Below, piece by piece: positions 29,825-43,304 of a stretch of 64,000 bases of DNA (its first letter is position 1; each line of letters starts with the position of its first letter). The translations under genes were made by a program, and so were the position numbers. Source of the stretch: Felis catus (lineage: Eukaryota); the NCBI RefSeq assembly GCF_018350175.1, contig NC_058368.1, positions 147,810,001 through 147,874,000 on the forward strand, written 5' to 3'. The notes below the pieces were generated by a model. That model saw only the letters and a program-made list of their open reading frames with translations, did no database searches and was not told the DNA's origin.

Positions 29825-30392
29825 AATAATGATGAGAGTGTAAATAAATCCTTGACTTGTTTGTGGTCCCAGCAGAAAAACATTTAGACCTTCACCCTAG
29901 GATGCTGTCTGTAGGTTTTTGCTAATGCCCTTCATCAGGTTCAGAAATTTATTCCTCTTCCCAGTTTGCCAAATGTCTTATCTTAGATGTTGAATTTTGA
30001 TAAATACTTCTGCATCAGAAGGTTTTTAAAAATTATTATTTGGTCTATTAAAAGTGGATTGTTACATTTATTGATTTTTGAAATTGGAAACTGCCTTAAT
30101 TTTTGAGATAACCCCTATTTGGTGGCAATTTCATGTATTGTTGGATTGAATTTGTTAATATGTTGTTAAGGAATTTGTTAATATGTTGTTAATATGTTGA
30201 ATTTGTTAATATGTTGTTAAGGATTTAGTTCGTATGTTCATAAAGAATATTAGCTTCTTTCCTTTAATGACTTTAGATGACTTTGATATCAGGGTAATGC
30301 TGCCCTTATTAAAAATTTAGGGAATAATTTCTTATTTATTTTCTGAAAGTGATTACATGGAATTGCTATTGATTAAAAAAATACATATTTGA

Positions 30393-30573
30393 GGGGCACC
30401 TGGGTGGCTCAGTCAGTTGAGTGTCTGACTCCTGATTTGGGAGCAGGTCATGATCTCAGGGTCATGAGATCGAGCCCTATGCTGGGCTCTGCACTGAGTG
30501 TAGAGCCTGCTTAGGGTTCTTTCTCCCCTCTGCCCCTCACCTGCTCACTCATACATGCTCTGTTTCTTTAAAT

Positions 30574-30636
<63 letters not shown>
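30393..30636 (+). mobile_element. Can-SINE (older subfamily) with a (CA)n tail at ~30574-30636
   Basis: ggggcacctgggtggctcagtcagttgag... body followed by a CA run. Confidence 0.9.
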
Positions 30637-30639
<3 letters not shown>

Positions 30640-32197
30640 CAGCTGGGCATCAGATTGCTTTTTCAGAATGTATTTTATTATGAAATAAATTTATTTATAG
30701 ATATGGTGCCATTCAGGTTATCTGGTTCTTCTTGAGTGAGTTTTCATAGTTACTGGCTTTCAAAAAATTCATGGTCCATTACATTGAAGTTGTTGAGTTT
30801 ATGCACATGGGTTCCTCACAGTATTCTACTACTTTATATTCCTCCACATAATATCCCTTTTCATATCTGTGGGATCTCTACAGATGCTTTTCTTTCACTT
30901 CTGTAATTATTAGTTTATGTCTTTTGTTTCTTGTTGTTACAATTGTTTTTCAACTTGGCTAGAGTTTATCAATTTCATTAATCTTTTCAATGAACCAGTT
31001 TAGAGGTTTATTGATTTTTTCCATTGTTTGTAATTTTCCATTTCGCTGATTTCTGCTATTTATTATTTCTTTTTTTCCTGTTTGCTTTGAGTTTGTTTTG
31101 CTCTTCTCATTCTAGTGTCTGAAGGTAGAGCTTGTATTATTGATAGGAGACTTTATATTCTCATAAAAGCATGTAACACTATGAAACTCCCCTCAAGATC
31201 TTTTTAGCTGTATCTCATACATTTTGATATATGTATTATTTTGTTCTCTTTGAACTATTTCTAACTTAAGATTTTCCTTTTATCAATATATTATTTATAT
31301 GTCTTGTTGATTTTTCAACTAATTGTGAGATTTTCCATACATTTTTCTGATACTTTCCATATATTTTTCTGGCATTCATTTCTGGCTTAATTTCATTATG
31401 GTCAGGGAACATAATTTGTTAAGGTTTGTTTCATGGGTATCATGCATTTAAAAATACTATGTATTCTATTTGATACGATAGAGTTATATAAATACCAATG
31501 AGTTCAAATCAGTAGATCATATTTTTCACATCGTCTATACCTTTACTGATTGTCTACCTACTTTTCTAATCTATTGCTTTGAATACAGTGTTGAAGTTTA
31601 CTGTTAGACCTGTGGATTTTCTCCTTTAGTTTTATTAGTTTTGTACTGCATGTATCTTATGGCTGCATAGTTAGGTTTATATATAATAAATTTATTATGT
31701 CTTCTTAGTGAAATAACCTTTGTATTATTATGAATGCTCAGGAAAGTCTAATATTATGAAGTCTACATTGCTTGATATAAATATAGCCTCTACTGCTTTC
31801 TTTTCCTTAATGTTTGCATGGTATTATTTTTCTATCCTTTCCATTTAAACTATTATATTCCATTATATTTAAAATGGGATTCTTATATAAGGCTTAGAGT
31901 TGGCTTTCTTTTATTTGTTGAATCAACAATCCCCATCTTTTGTTTTGTATAAATCACTTACATATAAGTATTAATATGTCTGGATTTAGATCTGCCCATG
32001 CATTCATTACTTGTTTTCTGTTTGTCCTCTTTCTTTATTACTCTCTTTCCCCATTACAGCTTTCATTTTGATTATTTAAATATTTTTTAGTATTTTATTT
32101 TATCCATTGAGTTTGTAACCATATCTATGAACAGTTTTGGGGTTTTTTTTCATTGTTTGCTTTATAAATTACAATACACATTCTAAATTCTTCACAA

Positions 32198-32584
32198 TGT
32201 CAAGGATGAAGAAGTCCCAGATTTTACCTCATTACAGAGCAAGCAGCATGAACTTCATGTTCACATCTGTTCCCCTTTCCTCTCAAATCCCGTAAAGGCT
32301 ACATGAAGAGTCCAGAGCATGCACTTTGGCTTTGCACTATTGCTGAAGAACTGAGTGGCTGGAAATTCACATTTTTATAATAGCTGCAAATATACTTCCC
32401 TGGATGGAGATATTATTTTATCATACCAGAATAAGTCAACCTGTCTTCTGTTCTGGATAGATACACTATGTCTGTCTTCAAAGTCTATTAGGTATACAAG
32501 CAGTCTTGAAGAGGTATTCTGAAACAATATCTCTGCTCATAAAACAGAACAACACAAAAGACCCACAGATAATTGTTTTCAACG
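32198..32584 (-). mobile_element. ERV1-class LTR (MER31-like)
   Basis: Begins tgtcaagg on the plus strand. The reverse complement of the right end (gttgaaaacaattatctgtgggtc) resembles the MER31-group LTR start and abuts a purine tract (plus-strand cacccctcatttc). Confidence 0.65.
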
Positions 32585-33400
32585 ATAGTCACCCCTCATT
32601 TCAATTTTGTCTCAGCTTCTATCAGGTTTTCTCATTATACATCCCTCTGTTGGTCACTCTGATTAATGTTAACTATAGAGGTTAATTTAATTGGCCTTAT
32701 ACAGTATTTAATTAAGACTACTATCAAGAGGATTCTAAGAAGCAGGTTAAGACCAGTCTTCAGGACTGACCTCAGTCATGGTTCTCAGAGTCTTAGAACC
32801 AACCAGGTAAACAAATTCCATAAACCATTACAATTTCTTTAGGTTTCTGTATTGACCTCTGTACTTGGCCTGATGTATCAATCTAGGTACAGTAGAATGT
32901 ATTAGTTATTGCACAGGCTGTTTGGGCCCATAAAAAGGAAAATAAGGTACATTGTAACATTCATAAAACTGACCAGAGAGTTGAGGGTGACATGAATGAC
33001 TTTCACTGCTGAGGTAATGCCATTGTTAAATACAGCTAAAGTCAAAGGACATATTTCATGCCATCTTATCAGCTTGAATATTCCTCTTGTAGGGAAAGCT
33101 TCCCACAGGATGGATGTATATGATTCAGCTATCCATCTGGGAACTTTCTTAAGCATCACTTCAGAGTCCTCTCTTAGTCTTTCCTTAAGAATCAGAAGAT
33201 CTTCTAGGAAAACCCCTAATGTGTATGTCATCTTGTTTTAGAGAGGGAGACAAATTTATGCCTGGATCCCAGAGTGTAATCTTGAAGGAACACATAATGA
33301 TATCACACCCAAGGAAGAAATTGTGATAGCTATTGGTTTGTTTTACAAGTGTCGGGACCTATATCATTAGGGGCCATGGGTTTAAAGTTATCCTTATTGG
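32585..33400 (-). mobile_element. ERV1 internal remnant with decayed env transmembrane-subunit coding sequence
   Basis: Minus-strand translation from 32915 gives CAITNTFYCT*IDTSGQVQRSIQK, a decayed gamma-type env CX6CC region. It follows a heptad-like stretch (GITSAVKVIHVTLNSL) and lies just upstream of the PPT and LTR. Confidence 0.7.
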
Positions 33401-36400
33401 CCCTTCTGACTGGTGAATAAGCCTTAGCATGCCAGCAGGGCTGGTACTATGCTGAGGCAAGTAGGGTAACTAGGGTGCAAACCTTAAGGAGTTCTTTATT
33501 TTCAGGTTCATGCAGATTCTAGTGCTAGCTCTGGTAATGGGTCTTAATTAAGTGCAAATAATTGAGTCTAGTCTTTTTTTTTTTTTTCTTTTTCTTTTGA
33601 GGGTTTACTTGAAAAGAAGTCAGTCCAATCCATCTTGTTTAGGTACCCCAGGAGCTATGTGGCATTTGCTCACTCCAAGGAATGACAGAGTGACCACTAC
33701 GAGAATGGGGGTGAGGGTAACATCTGGAAGAGAGGAAGGTATTTTGAGTGAGAGGTAGAGGAAGTGAGGTATCCCCTGTTGCTTCTGATAGAATTCTTAG
33801 AAATATTAAAGTGTGCTCAGAGTCATCAGGCAGAGAATAGCATATCTAGAATTCATTTAAATTTAAGATGCTTATAATAATTTGGAAGAATCATACCAGG
33901 GAGCTTAGTTATGTGAGAAAGTTTTGAGGGTCTTTTGAACCTGGAATGGATGATACGAGGGAGAAAAAAACGTAGACAATGCACCACTGTTTTGTTTGTA
34001 CTTTGTGTTCTGGTTTCCTTTCCCAATTTATCTTCTGCCTTTAATTTATCAGTACCCTCACACAGTTGCTCCATATTTTCTATTTTGGTTTTCATAGTCA
34101 GGGTTGCTATACCTAAAAAAAATCAAAATACAGGGTGCCAAGTTAAATTTTAATTTCAAAGAAATAGCTATTTTGCTATTACAAGTTTATCCAAAATACT
34201 GTATGGGGCACCCTTTTACTAAAAGAAAAATGTTGTCTGAAATTAAAACTTAACTAGATGCTCTATATTTTGTGTGTAGAATCTATGAGAGAGGCGGAGC
34301 AAACTATAATTATTATCATCTTAGCCAGAATCAGAACCAAACATGTATACTGAAGCACTACTTTTATAACAGAAATGTACATACGCAAATTCTTAAATAG
34401 CAGCATTTAGATAAATGATTTTTGGTACATTCATTTGATAGAGTAATGCAAAGTATTTTTAAAAAAGTAACAGAAGAACATTTAATCACATGCGAAAATG
34501 TTCATAGTTTATTACTACACAAAGAAATGTTTTACCCCAGCTAACTAGCTACACAGATAGAAACATTGATAGATAGATTTTCCTTTCCTTTATTAGGTGC
34601 CTGCTAAGATACACAATTTAAATGAGATCCTGAATCTTATGTCCACATTTCAATTAAAAAAAAAAACCCAAAACTCATCATACTTAGAACCAAGAAAATT
34701 TCCACCTAGATGAGAAAGGATAATCAATAGATGCCAGCATCAAAATGGCAGAGATATTGGAATTACCAACAATAATTTTAAGGTGTAAATCATAAAAATG
34801 CTTCAAAAAACATTCATGAACGCAGTGGAAAAAAATTAAAAAACATAAATTCTCAGCAGTCTCAGCAAAGAAAAAATGTTACAAAGTAGAGCTGAACAGA
34901 AACTAAGAAATGTATAATACAATAGAAAAAGCAATGAATGGGTTCAACAGTAGAAAAGCAAGAACATAAAAAGAATCAGTGAACTTTAAAATTGAACAAT
35001 GGGCATTACCCAGTGTGAACAATGACAAGAAAATGAAATGGAAAAAAAAATGAATAGAGTCTCCAGGACATGTGGGCATATAACAAAAGTCTGGCAATCA
35101 TGCCATTGGAGTTCCTCCTTTTATAAGAGAGAGAAAGAGAACATGGTTGAGAAATCATTTGTGGAAATAATGACAGAAAAAGTATCAAATCTTGCAGATA
35201 AACTAAAATTACAAATTTAAGCAGATGAGTACATCCCAAACATAATAATCACACCCAAGGAAATTCACACCAAGATAGTAAAATTTATGAAAACTAAAGA
35301 CAAAGGAAAAAAAATCTTGAAAATAGCTAGAGATATACATTCCTTAAAGGAGAAAAAACTTGAAATAATGGCGGATTTCTCAGCAGAAGGAATGTGTCCT
35401 AAGAAGTGACACAATATTTTTCAAGTGATAAAAGTAAAGAACTATGAACCTGGAATTCTATATCCTACAAAGATGAAGAAGAAGAAATCAAAACATTCAA
35501 ACATGTAGGAAAACTACGAGAATTTCTCACAAATGCCTCTATCCTGAAATAATGGCTCAACAAAGTTCTCTAAACAGATAGCAGAAGGGAAATACAAACA
35601 TCCGAAGAAAATAACTAAATTATTATTACTAAATAATATTATTATTATTACAAAATTGTTATTATTACTAAAATATAAAATTATTACTAAATATAAAAGA
35701 CTTTTCCTTGTCTGTAGTTTTAAAAATTATTTTTGAAAATTGAAGCAAAAATTATAATCCTATCTTGTTTCTCAATGTATGTACATACAATATTTCAGAC
35801 AATTATATTAATAGTGGGAGAAGGTAAATAGATGTAAAGAGAGGTAATGCTTCAACACTTCAATTTATCTGGTAGAATGCTGCCATCAGCATACTTTCAT
35901 AATTTACATATATACTGTTAATCCTGACTGGCCACTTGAAAAGATATACAAAAAGATATTCAAAATATCACATATAAATGAAAATCGAATTCTAAAAAAA
36001 TAAAATAAAAAAGTTTAAGTAACCTACATTAATGAAGAAAAAAGAAAGCAGTAGAATTTTTAAAAAGAAAGATCATAACAAAAAAGGCAAATGTAAGCCT
36101 TATATGTAACAGTTACATTACATATAAAGAATCTAAATATATAAATTACAAGTCAGTGGTTGGCAGAGTGGATAAAAAAATCATGACTAAACTATATGCC
36201 GTCTACAGAAGCTCAGTTGAAATATACTGAGATTTGTAGGCTGAAAGAAAATGATGAAAAAGATACAATATGCAAACATCAATCAAAAGAAGCGAGAGTG
36301 GCTACATTAACATCATGTAAAATAAACTTCATACAAAAGACAAATATCATGGAGGGAGGACTATTACATAATTATTGAAGGGTTAATCCACCAAGAAGTT

Positions 36401-36411
36401 ATGGCAATCTT

Positions 36412-36636
36412 TTTTTTTAATTTTTATGTTTATTTATTTTTGAGAGAGAGAGACAGAGACAGAGACAGAGTGTGAGTTGGGAAGGGCAGACAGAGAGGGA
36501 GACACAGAATATGAGGCAGGCTCCAGGCTCAGAGATGTCAGCACAGAGCCCGACAGGGGGCTTGAATTCACGAACCACAACATCGTGACCTGAGTCGAAG
36601 TTGGACGTTTAACCAACTGAGCCACCCAGGCGCCCC
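36412..36636 (-). mobile_element. Can-SINE inserted in L1
   Basis: Antisense SINEC with TSD tggcaatctt. Confidence 0.95.
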
Positions 36637-36661
36637 TGGCAATCTTAAACGTATATATACA

Positions 36662-36708
<47 letters not shown>
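36662..36708. repeat. (AAT)n microsatellite
   Basis: Read directly. Confidence 0.95.
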
Positions 36709-36710
<2 letters not shown>

Positions 36711-37109
36711 TTAAAAAAGAATTATAAAATATGTGAAGCAAAAATAATAAAATTTGGGTTTTTTCAAGTTTTTATTTAAATTTCTGTTAGTTTCAAATAC
36801 AGTGTAATAGTAGTTTCAGGTGTAGAATCTAGTGATTCATCACTTACATACAACAACCATTGAAAAATGATAAAATTTAAATGAGAATTAGATAAATCCA
36901 CAATTAAAGTGGAAGTTTTCAACATCCCTCTCTATACATGTGATAAAAAAATGACAGAGAACTATATATACACTCATATTGTACCAATGTCAACCTCTTG
37001 GTTTTGATATTGTATTCTAGCTATGTTAAGATGTAACCACTGGGAGGACACTGAGTGAAAGACTTCTCTGTACTATCTTTGCAACTTCCTGTGAATCTAT
37101 AATTACTTT

Positions 37110-38440
37110 CAATTGTCATTATTCCTAATAGTTATGTTCTATAAAGTCACCCTGAGCTCTAAATTAGCAAATACTGAACCACTGTCTTTGGAGGAAAATA
37201 CAGCGTCAGGCTCCTGTGAGCTTCTGGTCACAATATTTCAAAAGTGATCAATACATAACCTTGTTTTATGTGTGTTCCTGTTTTAATACATCTTATTTAA
37301 TATGTATTTCTTTATATAAATAACTTATATAATTTGTTTAATTTGTATTCTGTTATAGAAATAATTAATTGTGTCAAGTAGTTCTTCATAATAAAATACT
37401 AGCTGAGAAGGGTTTAATGACTTCCTGACCCAGGGTAAGTGGCCATAAATTTCTTTGACTTTCAGCTTCAGAGCAATGCTGTCTGTTCCACTTTCTAATC
37501 AGTTATCATTTTATAAATTCACATCTTCATCATGCACTATAGATGTTACATGTAACTACAGATGTTACTTCTCCAAGCAGCGTGACATACAGATTAGCAA
37601 AATTCTCACTTTATCTCCTTCTCTCTCTGTTTTTTCTGAATGTACCATATTGTTGATTACCACTGAACTCATGGCCACCAGCACTGTAACTCATGACTGA
37701 ACCAAGCTAATCTAACACAACATATTTTCTTTCTAAGGTACATTATGACATTCATGTGCTTGGGAACACTAGACAGTACTTCAGCACATTACAGTTGGCA
37801 GGAAGGGGGCAGCTTAAACAACAAAAACACTAGCAAAAAATACAAAAATGCAAAAATAAAACAAAACAGAACATGGCACTGACTAGACCATGAATATGAC
37901 ACTTGAGTTTGAAAGCTCAAACAAGAAGCAAGAGTATTGACTTGTTCAACCTCAGCTGGGAACACGTGCATTTGAGGACTCAAAAGGCTTTGTTACTCTG
38001 GGTATGTCCACAACTGATCAAGAAAGAACTGTGAGTATTGATTTGGGGGCTATAAATAATGTTAAAAAGAGAAAAAAAAGTGATTACCAGGGCTGAGGGT
38101 GAGGGGAAATGGGGAGACGCTGGTTAAGGGGTACCAGGTTTCAGGTAGGCAAGAATAAGCTCTATAGATCTAATTTATAGCATAGTGACTCTAGGTAACA
38201 CAATTGTAAGGTATACACAATTTCCCTAAGATGGTAAATTTTCAGTGATCTCACAACTCAGACATACACAAAAAGTAATGATGTGAGGGGATGAAAATGT
38301 TAATAACATTGATTGTGGTGATTATTTCACAGTGCATACATTTATCAAATCATCAGGTTGTACACCTGAAATATACACAATAAAAATCCAGGAGCAGGTG
38401 AATTTACTAATACAGAATTCACAAAGAGGAATGACTATTT
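37110..38440. mobile_element. TcMar-Tigger-type non-autonomous DNA transposon containing an L1 3'-end insertion (~38065-38385, +)
   Basis: Left end tcattattcctaatagttatgttctataaagtc...aattagcaaatactgaacc and right end gaatttactaatacagaattc...gaatgact resemble Tigger-family termini. The internal L1 3'UTR reads gtgattaccagggctgagg...gttgtacacctgaaatatacacaat. Confidence 0.65.
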
Positions 38441-39986
38441 CAAATTATAGAGCTAAAAATTAGAAGTTAAAAATAAATGACTGGAGGTTGCTGTGCATGA
38501 ACATCTTACTACCATTTAGTACACAAAATAGCTAGTGGCCTCTTCTGGAATTGTGCAAAACATAATTCAGCACAATTATACACAGCAACCATGGGCATTA
38601 CATATTCCAGGAGGTACATGGCACATAGTTTGACCATATATGTAACCGTTTAATTGAAAGCATTAGAGACAGACATCCTACTGTGGGAACTGCAGAGCAA
38701 CAAAGGTGAAGCAACAAGTCATTGCACATCATTAAAAAATTCAGATATATTATTTTGGAATGTGGTCAGGAAACACAAAGCTAAACTGAAGAAACATTCA
38801 AAGGAAATCCTAGCCAATTTATGTGGTGCAGTGCTAATGGGAAAATAGCTTTTAATTTTAATTTTAAATTTAATTTTAATTTTAAAAATATTTTGCTAAA
38901 TAGACTTTTCAGCATTTAATTTTTTAGAAGTTATTAAAACATGATTAGTACTGGCAGAGTAGATATTAATGTACTGCAGCAACTGTGGCTTAGCCTTAGA
39001 AACTAAAAAGTAAGCAACATATGTAGATTCTACAGAGTAAATAAATTAAGAAATTAAATGTCTTTCTAACATCCTTGTCACTTTCAAATAGATACCCGTT
39101 CCCAGAAAAATAAAATTTGAATAAGAGAAATGATATTTAGTTAGTGCAAATGTTTATGTAGGAAATGAAAGATGAGGAAAAAGAAAAAGTAATCCACACT
39201 TTATGTTTAGTTTAGAAAACAAATTATATGAAATAACGAAAATATCTTCAGCAAAGATCACTGAAGCTTTTAATCAGTTATTGATGTCAGCGTGGCTATA
39301 GTGAGATGGGAAAGAAATCTAAGATAGTCATTAAAATAAAGCTCTTATTAGTTGCAAATGTCTTTATCCACTTATTCTGTCACACACAGGCAAATAAAGG
39401 AGATTATGATTTGTCCTTTCAGAATAGGTTTTAAGTGCTTGGTAACATTTAACTGACACACTCTTCTGTAACAAATTTAATTAACTACAAGCCCTGGGTT
39501 TATTACTGATAATTATCCTACCATTGCTTGCAAAATATACCTGTGGCTAATTCCATTATAGTTATAAGGCAACAGTCCTCTTACAGATCAATATTCCGTT
39601 TGTATGCCTGATTTCTGCTGCTGGGTAGGTGTGATTAATTAAGCTTAGTGTCACATAATTTTATTTAATGGATTTAAAACAGGATAACTTCAGGTCACAG
39701 AGAATAGACAGTGATTTCACAGTTCAAAGGTTAGCATTAATGCACTTCGGTTAATATATTAAAATTAGTCAGTAATAGTAAGTAGTCATCCCTTGTTAGG
39801 CAACTCTTCCACTCTTAACCATGTGAAAAGAAAATGTTCTCAATATATACTTTATTTCAATTGCTAGACCAGCAATTTCACAATGGAGACAATTATATAT
39901 TTGTGCCTGTACCTATCTGAACTATTGGAAGAACTTGAACTTTTTCAATTATATTGTTTTGTTCTCCTTAGTTAAAAACAACATAG

Positions 39987-40197
39987 GGGCACCTGGGTGG
40001 CTCAGTCTGTTGAGCGGCTGGCTTCAGCTCAGGTCATGATCTCATGGTTTGTGAGTTCAAGCCCCGCATCTGGTTCTGTGCTGACAGGTCAGAGCCTGGG
40101 GCCTGCTTCGGATTCTGTGTGTGTCTCTCTCTTCCTCTCCCCCATTCACACTCTGTCTCTCTCTCTCAAAAATAAACATAAAAATTAAAACAAAAAC
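39987..40197 (+). mobile_element. Can-SINE
   Basis: Full SINEC with TSD aaaaacaa(c/t)atag. Confidence 0.94.
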
Positions 40198-40584
40198 AAA
40201 AACAATATAGATGTGCATTGTATTCATACACCATGAATTTCTTAAATAACACATACTTATAATTTGAAATAATCAGGGTGAAGTCCAGACTGATTAATGA
40301 TATCTAAATTAAAATATTTATGAAGGGATGTAGTTTCATTACTGTTCTGTACTTCAAACGATGTTAATCATTAGATCCACTGACACCAGAGTAAATGAAA
40401 ATACGTTTGAACTGTATGTAATGTTGCTAAGTCACTATGAGGTTTAAAAAAAAATAAATAAAATATTTTGTTCTTCAAAAACGTGAGCTTGGTAATTTTT
40501 CATAGAATTTCATGAAAAGCATTAAATTGCATAGAGTACTTCCTTCCTCAAACAGGAATCACAGCAATCGCAACTAAAACGCTC

Positions 40585-40810
40585 AAATAATGTATACTGT
40601 ATTTCAAGCACTTTAAGAGCTTTACATATATTCCCTTATTTAATTCTCACAGCAATCTTACAAGACAAGCACTAAAATTATATTCATTTTACAACTGAAG
40701 AAGGTGAGGCACAGAAATATTAAATAACTTTTCCAAGGTCACAGAGCTAGTTAGTTGTGAGTTCAAGATGAAAATCCATACCACCTCGCTTTAGAGCTCA
40801 TGTTTCATAT
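40585..40810 (-). mobile_element. MIR SINE
   Basis: MIR core in antisense: atttaattctcacagcaatc...cattttacaactgaagaaggtgaggcacaga...ccaaggtcacagagctagt. Confidence 0.85.
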
Positions 40811-42943
40811 CTACACTTTCTCTCCCAAACACTTAGTTACATTGCTAGTAAATTTTAGATGCTGGGCAATTGTAATCCTGTTTTTATACTTTTTCCCTGA
40901 ATTCACTTTCATATTTAATGCTCCCATAAATAATAGCATGAAGATAGGTAATTTTTAAACTTCTCAGGAGAAGGGGTCTCCTGTCAATGTGAGGGGACCC
41001 ACACACTATTTGGCAAGACAAATATGTGAAAATGTAGTATAAATGTACACATTTATGTACATATTCACAAAATTTACTCTGTAGGCTGCTTGCAGCTTAC
41101 CTTATAAAGCCCAGTTTAAAAATTCTTCCCCAAACCTACTCTACCAATCCTGTCTTTGTTTAAAATTTTGATACCTTGTCAAGGATAGGTGTTTTTGCAT
41201 TAAATTTGATTTTTCAAAATGCATTAACACATTTATATTGATTATGTAGGGTGTTTGTTTTGTTTTGTATTGGTGTTCTCATGCCTAGGACTTGGAATAA
41301 GTGAGTGAGACACAGGTGTCCCATCCTTATAGGCCAAACTTTGAAACATGAGCAGCTTTTATTGTGTTCAATAAAGGCAATGAAAGCGGACTTGTTAGGT
41401 CCCCTGGCTCTCTGTGTATTTTCTAATCATGTGAATGCAAACAGATGAAGTTTATGGCCAATTCATGCTCAACATAATATACTACTAGTATATTTAGTTA
41501 TTCCTAAATTTATCTTTAAATAATAAAATAATATTAAATAAGAAAGTACTTCTTTCATAAATTATATTTTTATAATAAAATTTACATATTTAAGATGGAA
41601 AGTGAGATTTTGTCATTATTCTGATGTATTTTCAGTTTCTGAAAAGAAATTCCTATGTAACATAATAGATTTGGGATTACTTATATGTTTCAGAACATCG
41701 TATGTTTAATGCTCATTAATGATTACCTATGATTAACATTTATGAATGACTCTTCATCATTTCCACTTTTGCCATTAAATTTAAAAGGTTCGGTAACAAA
41801 TCACTGGCACTGTCGCTGAGTCTTAAACCCAGAGGCTCTTGTCCATATGAAATCTTGAAGTCCAGATACTGGTACAAGTTTTCTACTCCATAATCTACAT
41901 ACCAGATCTTATAATAGATTATTAATTTATCAGTCTTTAATATATGAGTATGAATTATTTCATAAATATTCTCACAGCAATTTGAAAGAAGAAAACAAGG
42001 TGAAATTAGAAGTGGTGGGGCAAACTAAAAATTATTAGCTAATGAAGAGCCACCTCATCTTGGAGAGATATAACAAAACGAAGGTCTAGAGAGACAAGGA
42101 GATACCTTGAGGGGTTTGAAACCTGAGGAGTAAACACCTGGAAAAGAGCCTGGGATAAACAAGAAGGATATACTGTAATTGTTTCTAAATACTTAGGTTC
42201 AATGAACTGTCATTAGTGTATGTATTCAATTCATAATATAATACTTATCTTTATAAAACAAGATTGCCATGGAATACTTTGATAGTCAAATAAAGAAAAG
42301 AGATAGCATTGGATATTTATGACTGCAGATTGTAAACTCAAGAGTAACATTCACTGAGCATGAGAGGGCAGGAAAAACTTATGAGTAATCAGAGATTTCA
42401 TTTAACTTGTAGAAGCCACCAAAATATTAAATACCTGAAAACTACTATAACTTGGAAATGGATTATAAATCTCAGAGGCTTTTGGCTTTGTTATAATAGG
42501 TATATAATTCATATTCTTGGTTTATGGGGAATACTGATTTTTGTATATTCACTCATTTTCCTATACTTTTTAGGAATCCAAGTATATTTAGAATATATCC
42601 ATGATAGGACAAGAACATGAGAGTGAGTGAGGAGAAGAGGGAGGGAGGCAGGGAGCAGAGAGCACAACCACCAGAATTTCTGCACTTTTACATGTGATTT
42701 TCTGAAGAAATGTAACTGGCTTGTTATTTATGCATTTATTCATTCATCAGATATTTATTGATTGATTTTTGAATATTCAAAAATTTCCCTGCTTAGAACC
42801 CTTGTTTGGGTTTGAACTCACATTACTGTTTTTTCTGCTGAAACTGGTAATTAAACTTTATTAGAAAGTTGCTGATCACTTCATATATAGAACCAAAGTA
42901 AAATTATTTCACAATGGTGAAAAACATGGAAAAGAATATTCTC

Positions 42944-43269
42944 TGTGGCAGTGGTATAACTGTGGTTTGCTTTGGTGAGAAAATTTGAGAGGGAATGATG
43001 GGTGCCACTTCTGGGGAGAAGGTCAAGGAACCAACATGAGCTTCACAAGGTGTTTTCCCCTTGCCACAAGACTGGTGATGTCCCAAACAGGACTCCTCCT
43101 CCAGTCTAAGTGTCAAAGTAAAGACATGGAGTCATGTGGCAGGGCCATAGATGACATATAATGAGGATATAACTTGAGGGAGAAATAAACCTTGGTTGTT
43201 GTCAACCATTGAGATATGGGAGAAGTTTGGTTATGGTGCTATATAATTTAGCCAAAATTAACGTACTCG
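42944..43269 (+). mobile_element. MLT1 (MLT1H/I/J-type) MaLR solo LTR inserted in the viral ORF
   Basis: Starts tgtggcag. Contains ttgctttgg...gtgccacttctgg and agaaataaaccttggttgttgtcaaccattgagat...ataatttagcc, typical of old MLT1 LTRs. Probable 5-bp TSD ttctc (42939-42943) / ttctt (43270-43274). Confidence 0.8.
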
Positions 43270-43304
43270 TTCTTCAAAATGTTAAAAAGTTGAACTTCAT
43301 TTTA

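Larger units (their letters stand above)
27230..32197 (-). mobile_element. old L1 (3'UTR plus degraded ORF2), interrupted by younger insertions
   Basis: Continuous antisense L1 text, e.g. ttttaattttgatgaagtcc, caatttgggggaaattaacatctt, ttattgcactgaccaggactt, ttgatatcagggtaatgctg. Interrupted by SINEs, a carnivore L1 tail (~27925-28165), (TG)n and a tRNA fragment. Confidence 0.88.
34690..37105 (+). mobile_element. old L1 (degraded ORF1, inter-ORF region, start of ORF2 endonuclease, short 3'-end piece)
   Basis: A-rich L1 ORF1-like text (ggcggatttctcagcagaa; gaacctggaattctatatcc) and EN-like text (ggcagagtggataaaaaaatcatgac; gggttaatccaccaagaag). Confidence 0.85.

Noticed and set aside
30148..30222. 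Short tandem repeats of gaatttgttaatatgttgttaa
   Set aside because: Local slippage inside a dead L1; no spacers, so not an array of functional interest.
27230..37105. Divergent L1 pieces as one element with a 5' inversion
   Set aside because: Both pieces appear to cover the same ORF2 endonuclease region, so they are more likely separate insertions.
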